A program made the translations under genes and the position numbers. Below are positions 25,945-40,100 of a DNA stretch of 64,000 nucleotides, one piece after another. The notes beneath the pieces are model-generated. The model saw nothing but the letters and a program-made list of their open reading frames with translations, ran no database searches and was not told the origin of the DNA. The number at the start of each line of letters is the position of its first letter. Positions within the stretch are counted from its first letter, which is position 1. The DNA is from the human T2T-CHM13v2.0 reference genome, Homo sapiens. The DNA lies in NCBI RefSeq assembly GCF_009914755.1, contig NC_060931.1, one strand, 5' to 3'.

Positions 25945-26495
25945 CCATTATTCTTAATCTTCAGAACAACTCCATAAAGTAGATACTGCGACTGCAATAT
26001 AAATATGAGAAAAACTTGGGCCCAGAGAAATGAAATGATAGTAAAATGTCATAAGGCCAGTGTATTAGTCCGTTCTCACATGGCTATGAAGAAATACATG
26101 AGACTGGGTAATTTATTAAGAATTGAAATTTAATTGACTCACAGCTCTGCATGGCTGGAGAGGCCTCAGGAAGCTTATGATCATGGCAGAAGACACCTCT
26201 TCACAGGGCAGCAGGAGAGAGAATGAATGCAAACAGGGGAAATACCAGACACTTATAAAACCATCGGATCTCATGAGAACTCACTCACTATCACAAGAAC
26301 AGCATGGGAGAAACGGCCCCCATGATCCAATTACCTTCACCTGGTCCCACCTTTGACACATGGGGATTATGGGGATTACAGATTAAGGTGATATTTGGAT
26401 GGGGACACAGAGCCAAACCATATCAGCCAGTAAGTGGAGAAGAAAGGTTTGAAATTTGATATATCTAATGGCAAAGCCTATGTTTTGGTCACTAT
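25945..26495 (-). mobile_element. MIR SINE split by THE1 LTR
   Basis: taatcttcagaacaactccataaagtagatac...gcccagagaaatgaaatga...[LTR]...taagtggagaagaaaggtttgaa. Confidence 0.6.
26061..26425 (-). mobile_element. THE1 (ERVL-MaLR) solo LTR, 365 bp
   Basis: tgtattagtccgttctcac...gccaaaccatatca termini; perfect 5-bp TSD GCCAG at 26056-26060 and 26426-26430. Confidence 0.93.
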
Positions 26496-26714
26496 GGTGC
26501 TCTTCTTCCTTGGGCCATTCACGGAAGCATTCAGATAAAAACATTGTTATTTATTCATCCACTTGTTAATTCAGTATTTATGGGGTGCTCAGTGTGTGCC
26601 AGAACCACACTGGACCTTGGCTTTGTCCATTCTCCTAGCTCTTTCAAATCATGATTCTACTTCTAAGGTTTTCTGTTCTTTCTATTGGCTTTCAGAATTT
26701 CCTGAAGGTCAGGA

Positions 26715-26815
26715 TCCCCAGATTAGCAGCATCAGCATCACTTGGGAACTTACTAGAAAGCACATTATCAGGCCTGCCACAGATCTACTGAATTAGAAAC
26801 TTGGGCAGGGGTGTG
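26715..26815. mobile_element. MER5A fragment
   Basis: cagcatcagcatcacttgggaacttactagaaagcaca...cagatctactgaattagaaact. Confidence 0.7.
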
Positions 26816-27578
26816 GGGTATATTGAAGAAGTAGAATACATTCCATTTTTTCAAAGGCCTTAGTAGAGCTGATCTATGATGAAAACCCCTTTAAGATGAT
26901 GGAAGAAGAAGAACTTAGTGCTCCCTTTTCAGAAATGGTCCCAAAATGAAGAAGGGAAATCCAAGAAATTTTTGCATCACAGCTTTTGCATCACATGGGC
27001 CATTTATGTTTGTTCCAGAAAGTAAGCATTCACTAGGAAAGTTACAGTGTATTCACTGTCAAATTGCCTTTTCTCATTGGATCCCTGGTAATTTTGCCCA
27101 ATAAGGTACTTTCTAAAAGAGAATCCTGATAATTCTTGTCTTTTTCCTTCCTCCTTTCTTCTCTGTCTCTCTTTCCTTTTTGTTATCTTCTCCCTACTTT
27201 TCTCTTTTTTCATACATATATTAAATATGTATACACATTTGCCAACACCACCAACTTTTTTCCCCCCAGAAGATCCCTGAGGTAAAGAGTGAGTTACTTA
27301 AAATATAAAATGTTCTTTTTTTCTGAACATATGAAATGAATATTTCATCTGTGTGTTCACATGCACATTGGCATGTATAATCTGCAAGCATATGTTACAG
27401 ATAATTGCCCATTTTTTTTCTATTCTTTATCATCAGTTTTACCACTCTTCTGGGGGTTTTAGAAACTTTTCCTCAGGCTGTCACGCTGTAAAAAATCGCT
27501 TTGAAGTACTAACATGTCTCTGGCCTAAGAGAAATCAGTACTGGCAAATAGAACAACAAAATGAAATTTAAAAAAAAA

Positions 27579-27883
27579 GACCAGCCACGGTGGCTTATGG
27601 ATGTAATCCGAGCACTTTGGGAGGCAAAGGCGGGCAGATCACTTGAGGTCAGGAGTTAGAGACCAGGCTGGTCAACATAGTGAAACCCTGTCTCTACTAA
27701 AAATACAAAAATTAGCCAGGCGTGGTGGCACGTGCCTGTAGTACTAGCTACTAGGGAGGCTGAGGCAGGAGAATTGCTTGAACCTGGAGGTGGAGGTTGC
27801 AGTGAGCCGAGATCATGCCTCTACACTCTAGCCTGGGCAACAGAGCAAGACTCCATCTCCAAAAAAAAGAAAAAAAGAAAAAA
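27579..27883 (+). mobile_element. AluS SINE
   Basis: Full dimer, A-rich tail, TSD gaaatttaaaaaaa. Confidence 0.95.
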
Positions 27884-28059
27884 GAAATTTAAAAAAATCT
27901 CTAAACACTTTAAAATGTTTATATATTTTTTAGTATCGAAACTACCACGAGGTACTTTCTGTGTCTTACATTCAGATATATGATTAGACCAATAACACCT
28001 TTTGAGAATAATAATTATTATTATCCTATTAATTAGTATGATCCAGTTCTTTATAAAAG

Positions 28060-28190
28060 GTTACAACATTTCTTATCAACCCTAATCCTCACAACAGTCA
28101 TGGGCAGCGTAAATGCTCCTATTTTATAGATAAGACGAATAAGCCACAGGAAATTTAAGCAACTTACTCAAACCTCCCATACTAGGGTGA
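28060..28190 (-). mobile_element. MIR fragment
   Basis: taatcctcacaacagtcatg...cctattttatagataagacgaataagccacaggaaatttaagcaacttactc. Confidence 0.6.
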
Positions 28191-28379
28191 CATTAAATAA
28201 AATGAAATAAGTGAAATCTAAAGGGGTTTGGCTTATCCTTAATCTTTTATGCCTTTAAAATAGCCATGTTTTATTTCATTTTCTGGAATTGAGGGATGGA
28301 AAGTAAATGTGAATGAATACAGGTAATGGCCCTCTAAGCATGAATACAGAGTTCAAAGAGACAAATATTAAGAGGAAGG

Positions 28380-28960
28380 AGTTACAATGGCTCAGAAAAG
28401 GCTTCTTTGAGGAAGGTTGCTTAAACAGACACACAAAATTTGAGTAGGAGAGAGCTGCAGCTGCAGTGGGGGTGGGGGAAGAAGGAGGAATGCTCCTACC
28501 ACAGCACAGGGAAAAGATCAGAGCTTTTTGGAGACACTTAAAAAAAAAAAAAAAGAGCAAGCAAACAAACAAAAAACCATGTCTCACACACTTATTCAAT
28601 GAGTATGAATACGTGTGTGAGCACATGAAAAAAGCTGCAGAAGTTGAGGATAACAGGTGGAAAAGGCCAGATCATGTAATGATTACTCATTACCCTCAAG
28701 ATAAGAAAAAGCCACTGAAGAGTCATAAGCAGGGTTGGAGTCTCCGGTGGGGGAGATAATTACATGATCATGTTTGCTATTTAAAAAGATCACTTTGGGT
28801 GCAGAGAGAATAGATTGGAAAGGGGCAAAAGCTGCTATCTGAAGGTGAGTTGGATTAGAAGTAGTGGATTGTAGGAACGAAGTAGACGTCAAAGTCAGAA
28901 GATAGATAGTGAGGAAAATAAATTAATTAGCCTTGGAGATTAAGTGCAGGTGGTGAGCAA
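28380..28960 (-). mobile_element. L2 LINE fragment
   Basis: ggcttctttgaggaagg..., gccactgaagagtcataagcaggg..., acatgatcatgtttgctatttaaaaagatcactttgggtgcag. Confidence 0.65.
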
Positions 28961-29229
28961 GGGGAACTGGTATGTCAGTGTGTGACTCTTGATAAAGTAA
29001 TAAAAGAGCTAAGCAATGCTATGATTTGTATGTCATCTTTTACAACTTTCTCTTTGGATATGAGAAAAGATGCAATGGTGGGATTTCTTCTTTCAGGGCA
29101 GATAATTTATTATTGTAATTTAAGATAGCTCATCATTGTATTCCAGCAATCCACTAGATTAAGAACACTGCCAGACTTGATCTTATAAGTCCTGTTTGCC
29201 TGAATACTAATGGGCAGATTCCGCACTTT

Positions 29230-30432
29230 AAAAAATCTGCTTTTATGAGTGAGAATATTAAACAAATAATGTTAATTAGGTTACTTTAACTTCCTGTTAA
29301 AGATGTTTATCCTTAAGCTCTCCAATTAGAAGCAAATAGGAATATTTTCTTCCTTCCAATCATGACTTCTTTGTTCTTTTCATTCTTTTTTTGTCTAGTT
29401 TTTTTTCATTTTGTGATCAGAGTCTGTATGTTTGAGCAAGAACAAAAGTACAAAGCAGGTAAGTAATGTTCTAGACGTTGGTAGAAGAAAATACTGAAAC
29501 TGAAAATAGTAGATTCCTTCTAGATACACACAAACATAGCACAGAAAGTTTTCTTTTTTTCATCTGATAACATGACTGTGTCTTGATGTTGAGCATTCTG
29601 TTTCAATTTTTTCTGGGATGGGGTGAGGCTTTGAAACTCTAGATTCAAGTCTTATTTCTAGAAAATGTTATTAAAGCATACTTTATTATTTCCTAATTTT
29701 TTGTTCTTTTCATGTTGAATCTTTTTATTTTGGTCTAGATGACTCATCTATCAATATCTCTTTAATCTTTAAAAAAAAAAGCCATTTGGTATTTGCTTTG
29801 TTTTATTTGCATTTAATAACTGGATTGATTTTCCTCAATCCAGTTCTCAATATTTTCAGCAATTTTTATTTTCCCATATAAAATATGAATACAGGGCTGT
29901 CATCTGTATAAATTTTTATTTACTCTCTATTTCTCAATTCCAGAAAGTGAGATAAAACATGGTTATTGTGAAGGCATCAGAGAGCCAGGATAGATGTTGT
30001 ATGTTGTTTCAATTTTGTTTTTATTTTTGTGACAATTTTTTAAATTTTTCCCTCTGTCAACTCCTATTTTATCTCTGTGGTCTTACTATCTTCCATGAGC
30101 TATTGAATCTTTGCTTTGTATTCTTGTTTTATAGAGGTTATTCTTTCTTTCATTAAGTTTAAAAATGTATAACAATATATTCGAACATAATGCTTTAAAT
30201 TGCCTTATGGCAAACATTTTCTGGTGAATGTTCTTTTCTTGATGCATTTTCTTTTGTTGTCTCCTTCTCCATCTTTTTTATAATTTTTGTATGGATAAAG
30301 TGTTGACTTCTTTATAAAAATTATTACTCTAAAAACTCAGGACTTCCCAGAATTCAGGATTAGAACTCAACAGAAGCTCTCTCCTTGTTTCTCTCTCTTT
30401 CTCTTTTTCTCTCTCTCTCTCTGTGTGTGTGT

Positions 30433-30468
<36 letters not shown>

Positions 30469-31620
30469 GTGGTGGGGATGGGGTTGCCAATGCTATGTTC
30501 TATGCCAGTAGGACATTTTTTAATAATAGAATTGTGCGTATGTGGGTATTTATTTAGACTTTGCCACTCCCAAGTCAACTGAGATCAGCACTTCCAGGTT
30601 GCTCACAAGCTGACAATACAGAATTATCTTCTTTACTCTGTCTTATCAGTGGAATGCTCCCTGAAAACATAACTTGTCTGTATGACCCTTTCTTTTCTTC
30701 TCATTGGAATCAAACGAGATTCAGAAAATATTCATTTCTCTATGAGCTGCTGCCCTCAGTTCCATTGTTAAAAAATAATGATTGTTGGTTTTGACTTGAG
30801 AATGAGCCCTTCATCTTGGAGAAGGGTGCGTTGGTAGTATTTTCTGAGCTCTGAGGTTGTGGCTTCCTCTCTCTTAAGTCTTTCCTTATCACATTAAACT
30901 TTCATTGCTTTTATGGTTCAGGGCTTCAGATGTCTTCTTGTTTTGTTGAAGATGGAATTTGTGCTTCTGTTTCTCATTCTCCTTACTACTTTTGCATGCT
31001 TTTAAAAATGGTAACTGGGAAAGGCCATTTTTATACCACCATTCTAAACCAAATATAACAATTTTTAAAAAAATTCTCTCTAAAATTTGAAAAGAAAAAG
31101 TGGTAGATCATCATTTTTTTCTGTTTAATTTACATTTCCTTTAATGCTAGTCAGTTTATTTTTGAAATCTTTTTCTATTTCTTTTTATGTCTTTTGTTTC
31201 TCATCTTCACACACTTTTATTGGTCTTTTTCAATTTGCAAAGGATGTTAAATCGTTGTATGTCTAGTTTGTTGCAGTTATTAGTGTCAGCTTTTCATTTA
31301 CCTCCTAATTGTTTATAATGTTTTCAACATGTAAAAGTTCAATAGTTTTGTATTATTAATATTTTCCTTTTTTATTTCTTCCACTGCTGTATGCTTAAAA
31401 ACTACATTCCTATTCCAACACTAGTTAATTTTCACATTTTAATTCTATTTTTGTAGTTTTACTTTTTTTGTTTACCTCTTTATTCTGCCTGGATATATTT
31501 TAGTGTTTAATGTGAGGTAAGGCTTTTCAGTTGACAGTTCTCCAAGTAATCATTTTCTCCTAACATCATTAATTGGAAAATCTCTGCTGTTTCCAGTGAT
31601 TTGTGATATTTCTATAGTAA
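29230..31620 (-). mobile_element. Highly degraded antisense L1/HAL1-like sequence
   Basis: Strong T skew and L1-like phrases (tgatgttgagcattctg..., tgttgacttctttataa...); no clean motif. Confidence 0.4.
30390..30466. repeat. Compound (TC)n(TG)n microsatellite
   Basis: Seen directly. Confidence 0.95.
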
Positions 31621-33216
31621 GTGGTTTTTACTAGTCTATTCTTCACAGAGTGAGGCCTCACATTGGGTATTGGTTTATTCCTCCAGAAGGAGTTCAATAC
31701 TGTCTCCTGCTCTCTTTCTGTCCACCAGGCTCCTGGATGACCAGAAATGTTAACAAACAGAACCTGTCCACCTCTGGGGCCCTGCGGGTACCCAGTCTGT
31801 TAAGTTCTGATAAACTCAAGTTAATGTCTCTCCTGCTCCAGCTCTTAGACTTTCTCACCATTCCATAAAGCTAGAAACAGCATCTAATTCCTCCCCCCTT
31901 GTTTAAATGTACTATCTGAAAGCAGCATATTTCAGCTTGTATCCTCTTCTCCAAGTTATCTGCAGTTCTGTCATTGACTCAGTCTCCCGGGGAACAATAC
32001 ACTAACATCCTGGTGAGTTCTGTACTAGGAGCCAGTCAATGCCCCCGGATGAATTTGGAGAGTGAGAGGAACCCTGATGGGGGTTAGGGATGAGATTAGG
32101 AAGGAAGAAGGGAAAGATTCCAAATGATGAACCCCTGTATATCAGAAGTAGAGTTAGGTAGAGGTATGAACCAATCAGTCTCCTGCACAGTGCAGAGGGT
32201 CCCATTTTGGGAACACATTTCCATAGTGATCCTAATTCATTACCAGTCACTGATACTGCAATTGTTATACATTTCCGCTAGAATTTGGGAAATCATCTTT
32301 TTCCATCACTCTGCATTCTTGTTTCCAGTGTCTAGTCATTTTCAATCTCTTAATGGTTATTTTCACTAGACATTGGAGATGAAGAATCTATCACCATGGA
32401 AACATGGAATTACAAGTAGTAAATTTAGATGATTCTAATATTTGCAAAGTATTAGGAGAATAAATTATTCTTTACATGACTAGATATGTAAATGGGTTTA
32501 TTTATTTATCAGTTTTGTATTGGAAATGTTCATTAACATTTTTATGTAATACAAATGATGGAGGGAACATCTACAAAATCTAAATTGTGGGTGATTTACA
32601 CAGGGGCAGGGAGTTTTATTAATTTGCATACTCACAGCTGCTGACTACAAACCAACACCCAGAATCTTCATTTAAAAAATTATATTTATGAAAACAACCT
32701 GGATTGTATGAAGATCAAGTGTTTAATTTCTCAACAAGGTAAGAAATAGTCTCAAAGACTTGAGAAAATAAAAATGTAAAAAATAAACACCTTTTAGAAA
32801 GATGCTGTCATAGCAAATAAAGGTTCTTGGAATGCTTTTATACAATATCTTTTTGGAAAGCTGACAAAACAGCATGGAAATAATGAATCAGTATAATCAT
32901 TTTTATAACGACTTCTCAGAGGTGTGCCCTATCAGCTCACGTGTTCATGTAGGAACTCAGTCGTAAGCTTCAAAGAAGAGAATTTTAAAATATTATGTTT
33001 AGAGATAAGATAATTAGGAAAGGAAAGTAATGTTGAGATCTTTTAAATTAAGTTCTTAGATAAATGTATATATACTTCTAGGAGACTCAAGAGAACAAAG
33101 AAAAGAATCAAGGGGAAAGGATTGATTGAAAAGCTTTAGAAACTTGCATGTGATATTTAAAGTGAGTGACCGGATCTCATTCACAAATGTAATACTTAAA
33201 ACATGCTCAGTTTCCC

Positions 33217-34240
<1,024 letters not shown>

Positions 34241-34491
34241 TTCTCAATTTTCACTACAAAATATGAAGTAACTAAATATATGAAAATCTACAAAATCCCC
34301 AGATAGGTCTAACAGTCCACCTATGTATTGTCCGAGTATGAGAGAAACGTTCACTACCTTCAAGACAGATAAAATGTTGATGAAAAATGCAGCTGGTAGT
34401 CCAACAATGCTGTGTAGCTAGACGCAGAAAGTAGAAAGTTGTCCCTTTCTGTTGCTGGTTCAGAAACTCAAAAAACTCTGCACAAATAGAA

Positions 34492-36115
34492 TGATGGTTC
34501 TCAAAGTGTTTGATCTCAGGATTCCATTACATTCTTCAAACTTATTGAAGACTGTTGGGTATGGTGCCGCATGCCTGTAGCCCCAGTTGCTTTGGAGGCT
34601 GAGGCAGGAGGATCACTTTAACACAGGAGTTCAAGGCTGTAGGGTGCTATGATTGTGCCTGTGAATAGCCACTCCATTCCAGCCTGGGCAAAATAGACAC
34701 CATCACTAAGCTTAAAAAAAAAAAAAACTTATTGAAGACTGCAAAGAGCTTTCATTTACATGGGTAATATCTATTGATATTTATTAAATTATAAATACAA
34801 AGAAATCTTACCAGATTTGTATATTAATGCATGTTAAAATAAACTCATGTGTTAACATAAATATTTTTATTAAAAATTATATTTTCCAAATAAAATAATT
34901 TAGAAGACTGGTATTATTTTACATTTGACATGTAAAATAGAATGACATTTTAATAGGATTTCACAGGAGACAGTTGTGGTCTTATGTCTACTTCTTTGTT
35001 TATTCTATTATGATATGTTTATTTGGTTGAGTTTTATGAAGAAAGCAAGAAACATGCAGATATGTAGTTGGAAAAGGAAGGAGTATTTTGATAGCCTCTT
35101 AGGATAATCGTGGCTAGTCTTTGATACAGTATCAAAATCTGACTAGTGATAGTTTTTTCAAGCTTAGTTTCAAAGTAGAATTAAAAACCCATGTTAATAA
35201 ACTGTTTGAACTCATTTACAATAACATCCATTGACCTATTTTGCACTTTAAATGAATCTTTTACCAATTCATAATTTTGCAATATCATGCAACTGGTCAT
35301 TTGGAAATTATTGGTTCACTGTGTTTTATAGCACTTCCAAGTGTTGACATATTTTATTACACAATATAAAAAATCTTGTTTGTTAATATCACCACTTATT
35401 TTAACAGAAAAGTCTTTTTGTATTGGGAAGTTGTTAAACTTTTGGTGGTGAATATAAGTTTTCCAAAATTCTAATTTTTTTCTTTCTGAAAGCTTAAATT
35501 TTATCATCAGCAACAAATACTTTTAGTTGTTTTCTTTGAAGTGACAGGCTCGCTTCATTCATTTTTCCCCAAAAAAGTCTGCCTGTCAAATACCAAAGAC
35601 TGAAAAACCAGCTTGTTGCTCTTTTCTCAAGAATGCAGCTTAAACAATTGCAAGGTGCCTCGCTTTGAAACAATCATTATATTTCAGTATGCAGCTGAGG
35701 TGCTTTTGTGCACTTTCCAGTTCATCACACAAAATATTAAGAAAAAGTACACAAGGGGTGCAATTTAAAAATTTTTTATAAATTAATATTTTCACCATTA
35801 CATCAAGGACTTTTTAAAGTGAAACTGGTCTTCTCTTCTACTTTTTAATCTTAGTGTGAGTTCATGGATACTACACGTGTAGCTTGAAGCCATTATTAGG
35901 ATTTATACCTAGATACCAGCAATTTGGTCCACCATTGTTTTGCATCCTGAATACAAATGTCAACACAGTGAAAAGGCAAATAATGTGTCAGTACTGTTAA
36001 AAAAATACTTATTACAATAATATTATATTACCATGAAAATAATTTTTATCCTGCAGACCTCCTCAGAGTATCTCAGAGATCTTAGAGATTTGCAAAATCA
36101 TGCTTTGAGAACTGT
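34492..36115 (-). mobile_element. Charlie1a-like hAT DNA transposon (near full length), split by FAM
   Basis: Inverted termini tggttctcaaagtg ... gctttgagaactg; internal Charlie1 text (gatatgtagttggaaaaggaaggagtattttgatagcc); about 1.45 kb after removing the FAM. Confidence 0.75.
34554..34727 (+). mobile_element. FAM (fossil Alu monomer, 7SL-derived)
   Basis: Diagnostic gctatgattgtgcctgtgaatagccactcc; polyA; perfect 16-bp TSD aaacttattgaagact (34538-34553, 34725-34740). Confidence 0.88.
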
Positions 36116-36530
36116 CGAATGAGAAAATATGATACTCATGGGGTATCATATTAGGCAGTTTGAACACGATCTACCTTCCACCCACTTCTTACCTTTTATA
36201 TACAGTTAGACTTTGTTATTGCCAAAAGTGACTACATAGAAAGTAGAGAGTAGAAGGCAATTGCCCATTCCATCCTGAGCTAGGAAGGTTGCCACAACAG
36301 CACCTCGTGGGCCTGGCTGCAAGTAGAGCCCTAGAATGCACACTAGTGATTGTACTTTGTCATGTGCAACATCAGAGCGTCAGGAAGAGGGGAGGAGAAG
36401 ATCCAGTTTTAGTCCAGCAAAGCCATACTAGATAAAACCTTAAAAGATATATAATCATTAGTGTGACAGTGGTCATTGGAGGGAAACACTCATAGAAGGG
36501 ACAAAGAAAAAATATTAGAAGATACTGGGG

Positions 36531-36609
36531 GGCTGGGTTCATTGACTCATGCCTGTAATCCCAGCACTTTGGGAGGCCGAGGAAGGAGGATCGCTTGAGC
36601 CCAGGAGTT
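36531..36609 (+). mobile_element. Truncated Alu left monomer (FLAM/AluJ-like) fused to (TTTG)7
   Basis: ggctgggttcattgactcatgcctgtaatcccagcactttgggagg...gagcccaggagtt, then TTTG repeat at 36611-36638. Confidence 0.85.
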
Positions 36610-36994
36610 TTTTGTTTGTTTGTTTGTTTGTTTGTTTGTTTTTTACCAAAAAAGAGATGGTGGAGGAGTGGGGAGAATAAGATCAGGAATTATTTTTAAC
36701 AAACTCCTGTTCACTGTGGATCTGAGAAACAGACATGGCGATCAGCTTCAGTGAGCTTCTGGAATGGGGTCAAAGTCACTTATTAGCTAAGTAAATGATA
36801 GTCTGGATAGCTTTCTTCTGGTGGACAGATACACAGAAAAAAAGAATATTGGACTCATATAAAGGTGCTACAAGACAAAAAGAAACATTATTATGAATGC
36901 TCTATAATAGCAAGCCTGTAAATATGATTTACGGTAAAAATCAGAAGGTTTTAGAAAATTCTTTGGCATCCTTAAATGTGTATTTAAGAACTTA

Positions 36995-37095
36995 ACGGAT
37001 GTGGCAGCTCATGCCTGTAATCCCACCACTTGGGAGGCCAAGGCAGGAGGATTACTTGAGCCTGAGAGTTCGAGATCAGCTTGGGCAACAATTAT
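36995..37095 (+). mobile_element. FLAM/Alu left monomer fragment
   Basis: gtggcagctcatgcctgtaatccc...gaggattacttgagcctgagagttcgagatcagcttgggcaaca. Confidence 0.85.
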
Positions 37096-37149
37096 AGCAG
37101 AAAATAGGGCTAAGAGGAAAGACAGCAGAGTGAGATGCAAAAAAAGGAG

Positions 37150-40100
37150 TTCCTTGAGGAAAGAAAGCATTTCAGTGACAAATCGAAATTCACATTAGAA
37201 GATGAAAGTATAGGCTTCCACTGGCAAATTAAACCAATGTGTAATGAAACACGTAAAACTCTTGCAAAACAGAGACAAAGCCACAGGAGCTTAAACGGAT
37301 GAGAGAGACAATGGATATGAAGGACAGAGAATGAAGAACAATGCAAGACTTCTGGAAGACTAGAAGAAAAGAATTTAAAGCAATGTTAAATGGAGGTGGG
37401 GAATCCCTGAGAAATCAAGATTGAGAGGGTTCTCTCAGTTCTAAGAAAATCAATGAAAAGAGACCCACCCTAGAGATATCTTGGTCATTTTTTTTAAATG
37501 ACAAAAAGAAACAATAATTTTATAAACATGAAGCAAGGAAAAAAATATTATTTGTAAAAGAACAAGCAGCAGATTAGTTTCAAAACATCCCCATTTGGAA
37601 ATAAATTTCAGTAGACACTTAAATAATCTCAAAAGAATTTTGAGCCAAAAGTAGCAATATAACAAATTTAGTTAGTGAAGACGCCTTTAATGTGTGAAGG
37701 CAACAGAAATACATTATCAGATAAACAAGGATTCGGCTGATACACCACCCACATAATCTCTTTTAAAAAATTGCTAAAAGACAGATGAGATGAATCAAAA
37801 TGAACTAAGGGAAAGGAACATCGTGAAGTAAATGGATTGCTGCTGAACTTTGAAGCCAATTAGATATGAAGCAGACTGAATAACTTAGAAATTTAGTTAA
37901 GAAATTGAATACAAATACAAAATAATGTTGAAAGAAAACATTTTAGAGTATAAAATATTTTTATAATAATAGTAAATTTGATATAAAATTCTGTATTAAA
38001 GACTTAGAATGAGATGTGTGTTGGTGGTTGTATAAAGCTACAGAAACCCATTTTCTTAACACACATTTCATTGAGAAAGGGTGCTTCAATGATATCATTA
38101 TATTCTCAACTACGAGAGTTGAAAATGAAAAGCTAGTAAGTGTATTTAAAATAGTAGTTACCACTTGAAGAGCTAAAAGCAGAATATAAAACTTTCAAAT
38201 TTTTGGCAAAGATTAATACAAACATGCACAAATGAAACAAAAAAACAAATGAGACGCATAAAGAAACAAAAACTCCAAATGACAAATGAAGCAGAATGAC
38301 AGAAAATAAAAATAAAAATTAAACTGAAAATAATAATAAAACTACAAAAACAACTGAGGTAATCAAAATAAGATCAAATATATTAATTATGGCAATAAAC
38401 ATGAATGTTTTAAATTTCTCTGTAAGATATGAATAGCAACTTTGCATTAAAAATATGACAGCAGACATCTTAGTTATAAGAGACACACCTAAAATAAGAC
38501 ATAAAACTGGTAAAAATCAGAGAAGAAGCAAATATTTGTCAGTAAAACTCAAACAAAAAAACCCAAAGTAGAATTCAGGACAAAAAGTACTAAATGATAA
38601 AAATTCCATTTCTATTGATGGGAAGATGCAATTGACATCTAATTGAAACATTACACATCAAATAACAAGACTTAAAAATACATAAAGCAGAAATTCTTAG
38701 AAAGTCAATGCGAAGTTGATTAAAAACCAGCATTGTGAGAAATATTAACTCATCGGTCAACTTTAGCTAGACCAAGGAGACACAAAGTAAATAATAACTT
38801 AAAGAATTAAAACCATAATTTTAAATGTTTAATTTATATATTAGGCTCCCTTATAAACATAGAAGATACTTTGATCTTACGTATCTGTAGATCATTTAAA
38901 AGCTGACCATAAAACAAGCCTTAATAAATTCTCCCAAAAAAGAATTCAAAAACACAGTCTCTTCCATAATCGGTTACAATTAAAAATTAATAATAGAGAA
39001 CAAATTTGTAAAAACCCTCCACTAAATTTAAAACATCTCCAAAATAACTGTTGGGTCAAAGAATAAAATAACATCACAGGATGGGCTATTTATTAATTTT
39101 AAAAGTATTAAAACATGAATATGATAATTCACAAGATAGAACAAACTCATAACCTTACATTCTCTCATTATTTTTTAAACGGATAAATAAATTCACAAAA
39201 GTGTGAAAATCAAGAAGCTTAAAGACATTGGGTAGAAAGATAATGAAAATAAAAGAAGAAATCAAATTCTTTAAGTTGATAATTGTAACAGGTCTTTGAA
39301 AAAGAAAGCCAATAAAATAAATATTTGCTAAATCTAAACAACATAAAATAGGGGAAAAAAAGCATGAGTGAGATAGAAGATTTAACAATGAATATGAAGG
39401 ATGTTAAAGTGATAAAATAATATAACATACAATTCCATTCGGATATACTTGAAAATCTTGTATATAGATGAATTTATAAGAAAAGATGAATGATCCAAAT
39501 TGACCAATAAATAAGTAGGGTACTACTATAGTAAAATTATAAAATTATTTAAAAATCCCTCCAAGAGGAAAAAGAAAGAAAATATGTGGCTGCTAGTACA
39601 GATAATTTTACTAGTAAATAATCTCAAATTTTCAAAAGACACATATTCTTATGCTTCATAAATTATTCCAGAGATAAAAAAATATTGAAAAGGACTGGAA
39701 TAATTTTATAAGCCAATTGTCTTGATATTAACCCACAACAGAGCAATTGAAAAAACTTGTAAACTAGTTTTATTTATAAAGGTATCAATGCAAAATACTC
39801 AATAAGATATTCTGAAACCCAAATTCGGCTTGACAGTTAACTCAGAATATTCCTGGATCCGAAGATGCTTTACTATTAGGAAACTTATCTGCACGATACT
39901 TTAGGTTAACTCGAAAGAAAAAAAGAAAACAACTGATAAAATACAACAGCCATTTCTGGTTTAATTTTTTTGGATGAATTGGAAGTTTCTTACCTGACAA
40001 AGCTAATCTCTCTTAAACCAACACCAAATATGCTTCAAATATCTTACTTCAGTGAAATGCAAGAAGCATTCCAATTAAAATCAAGGCTAAGACAAGAATG

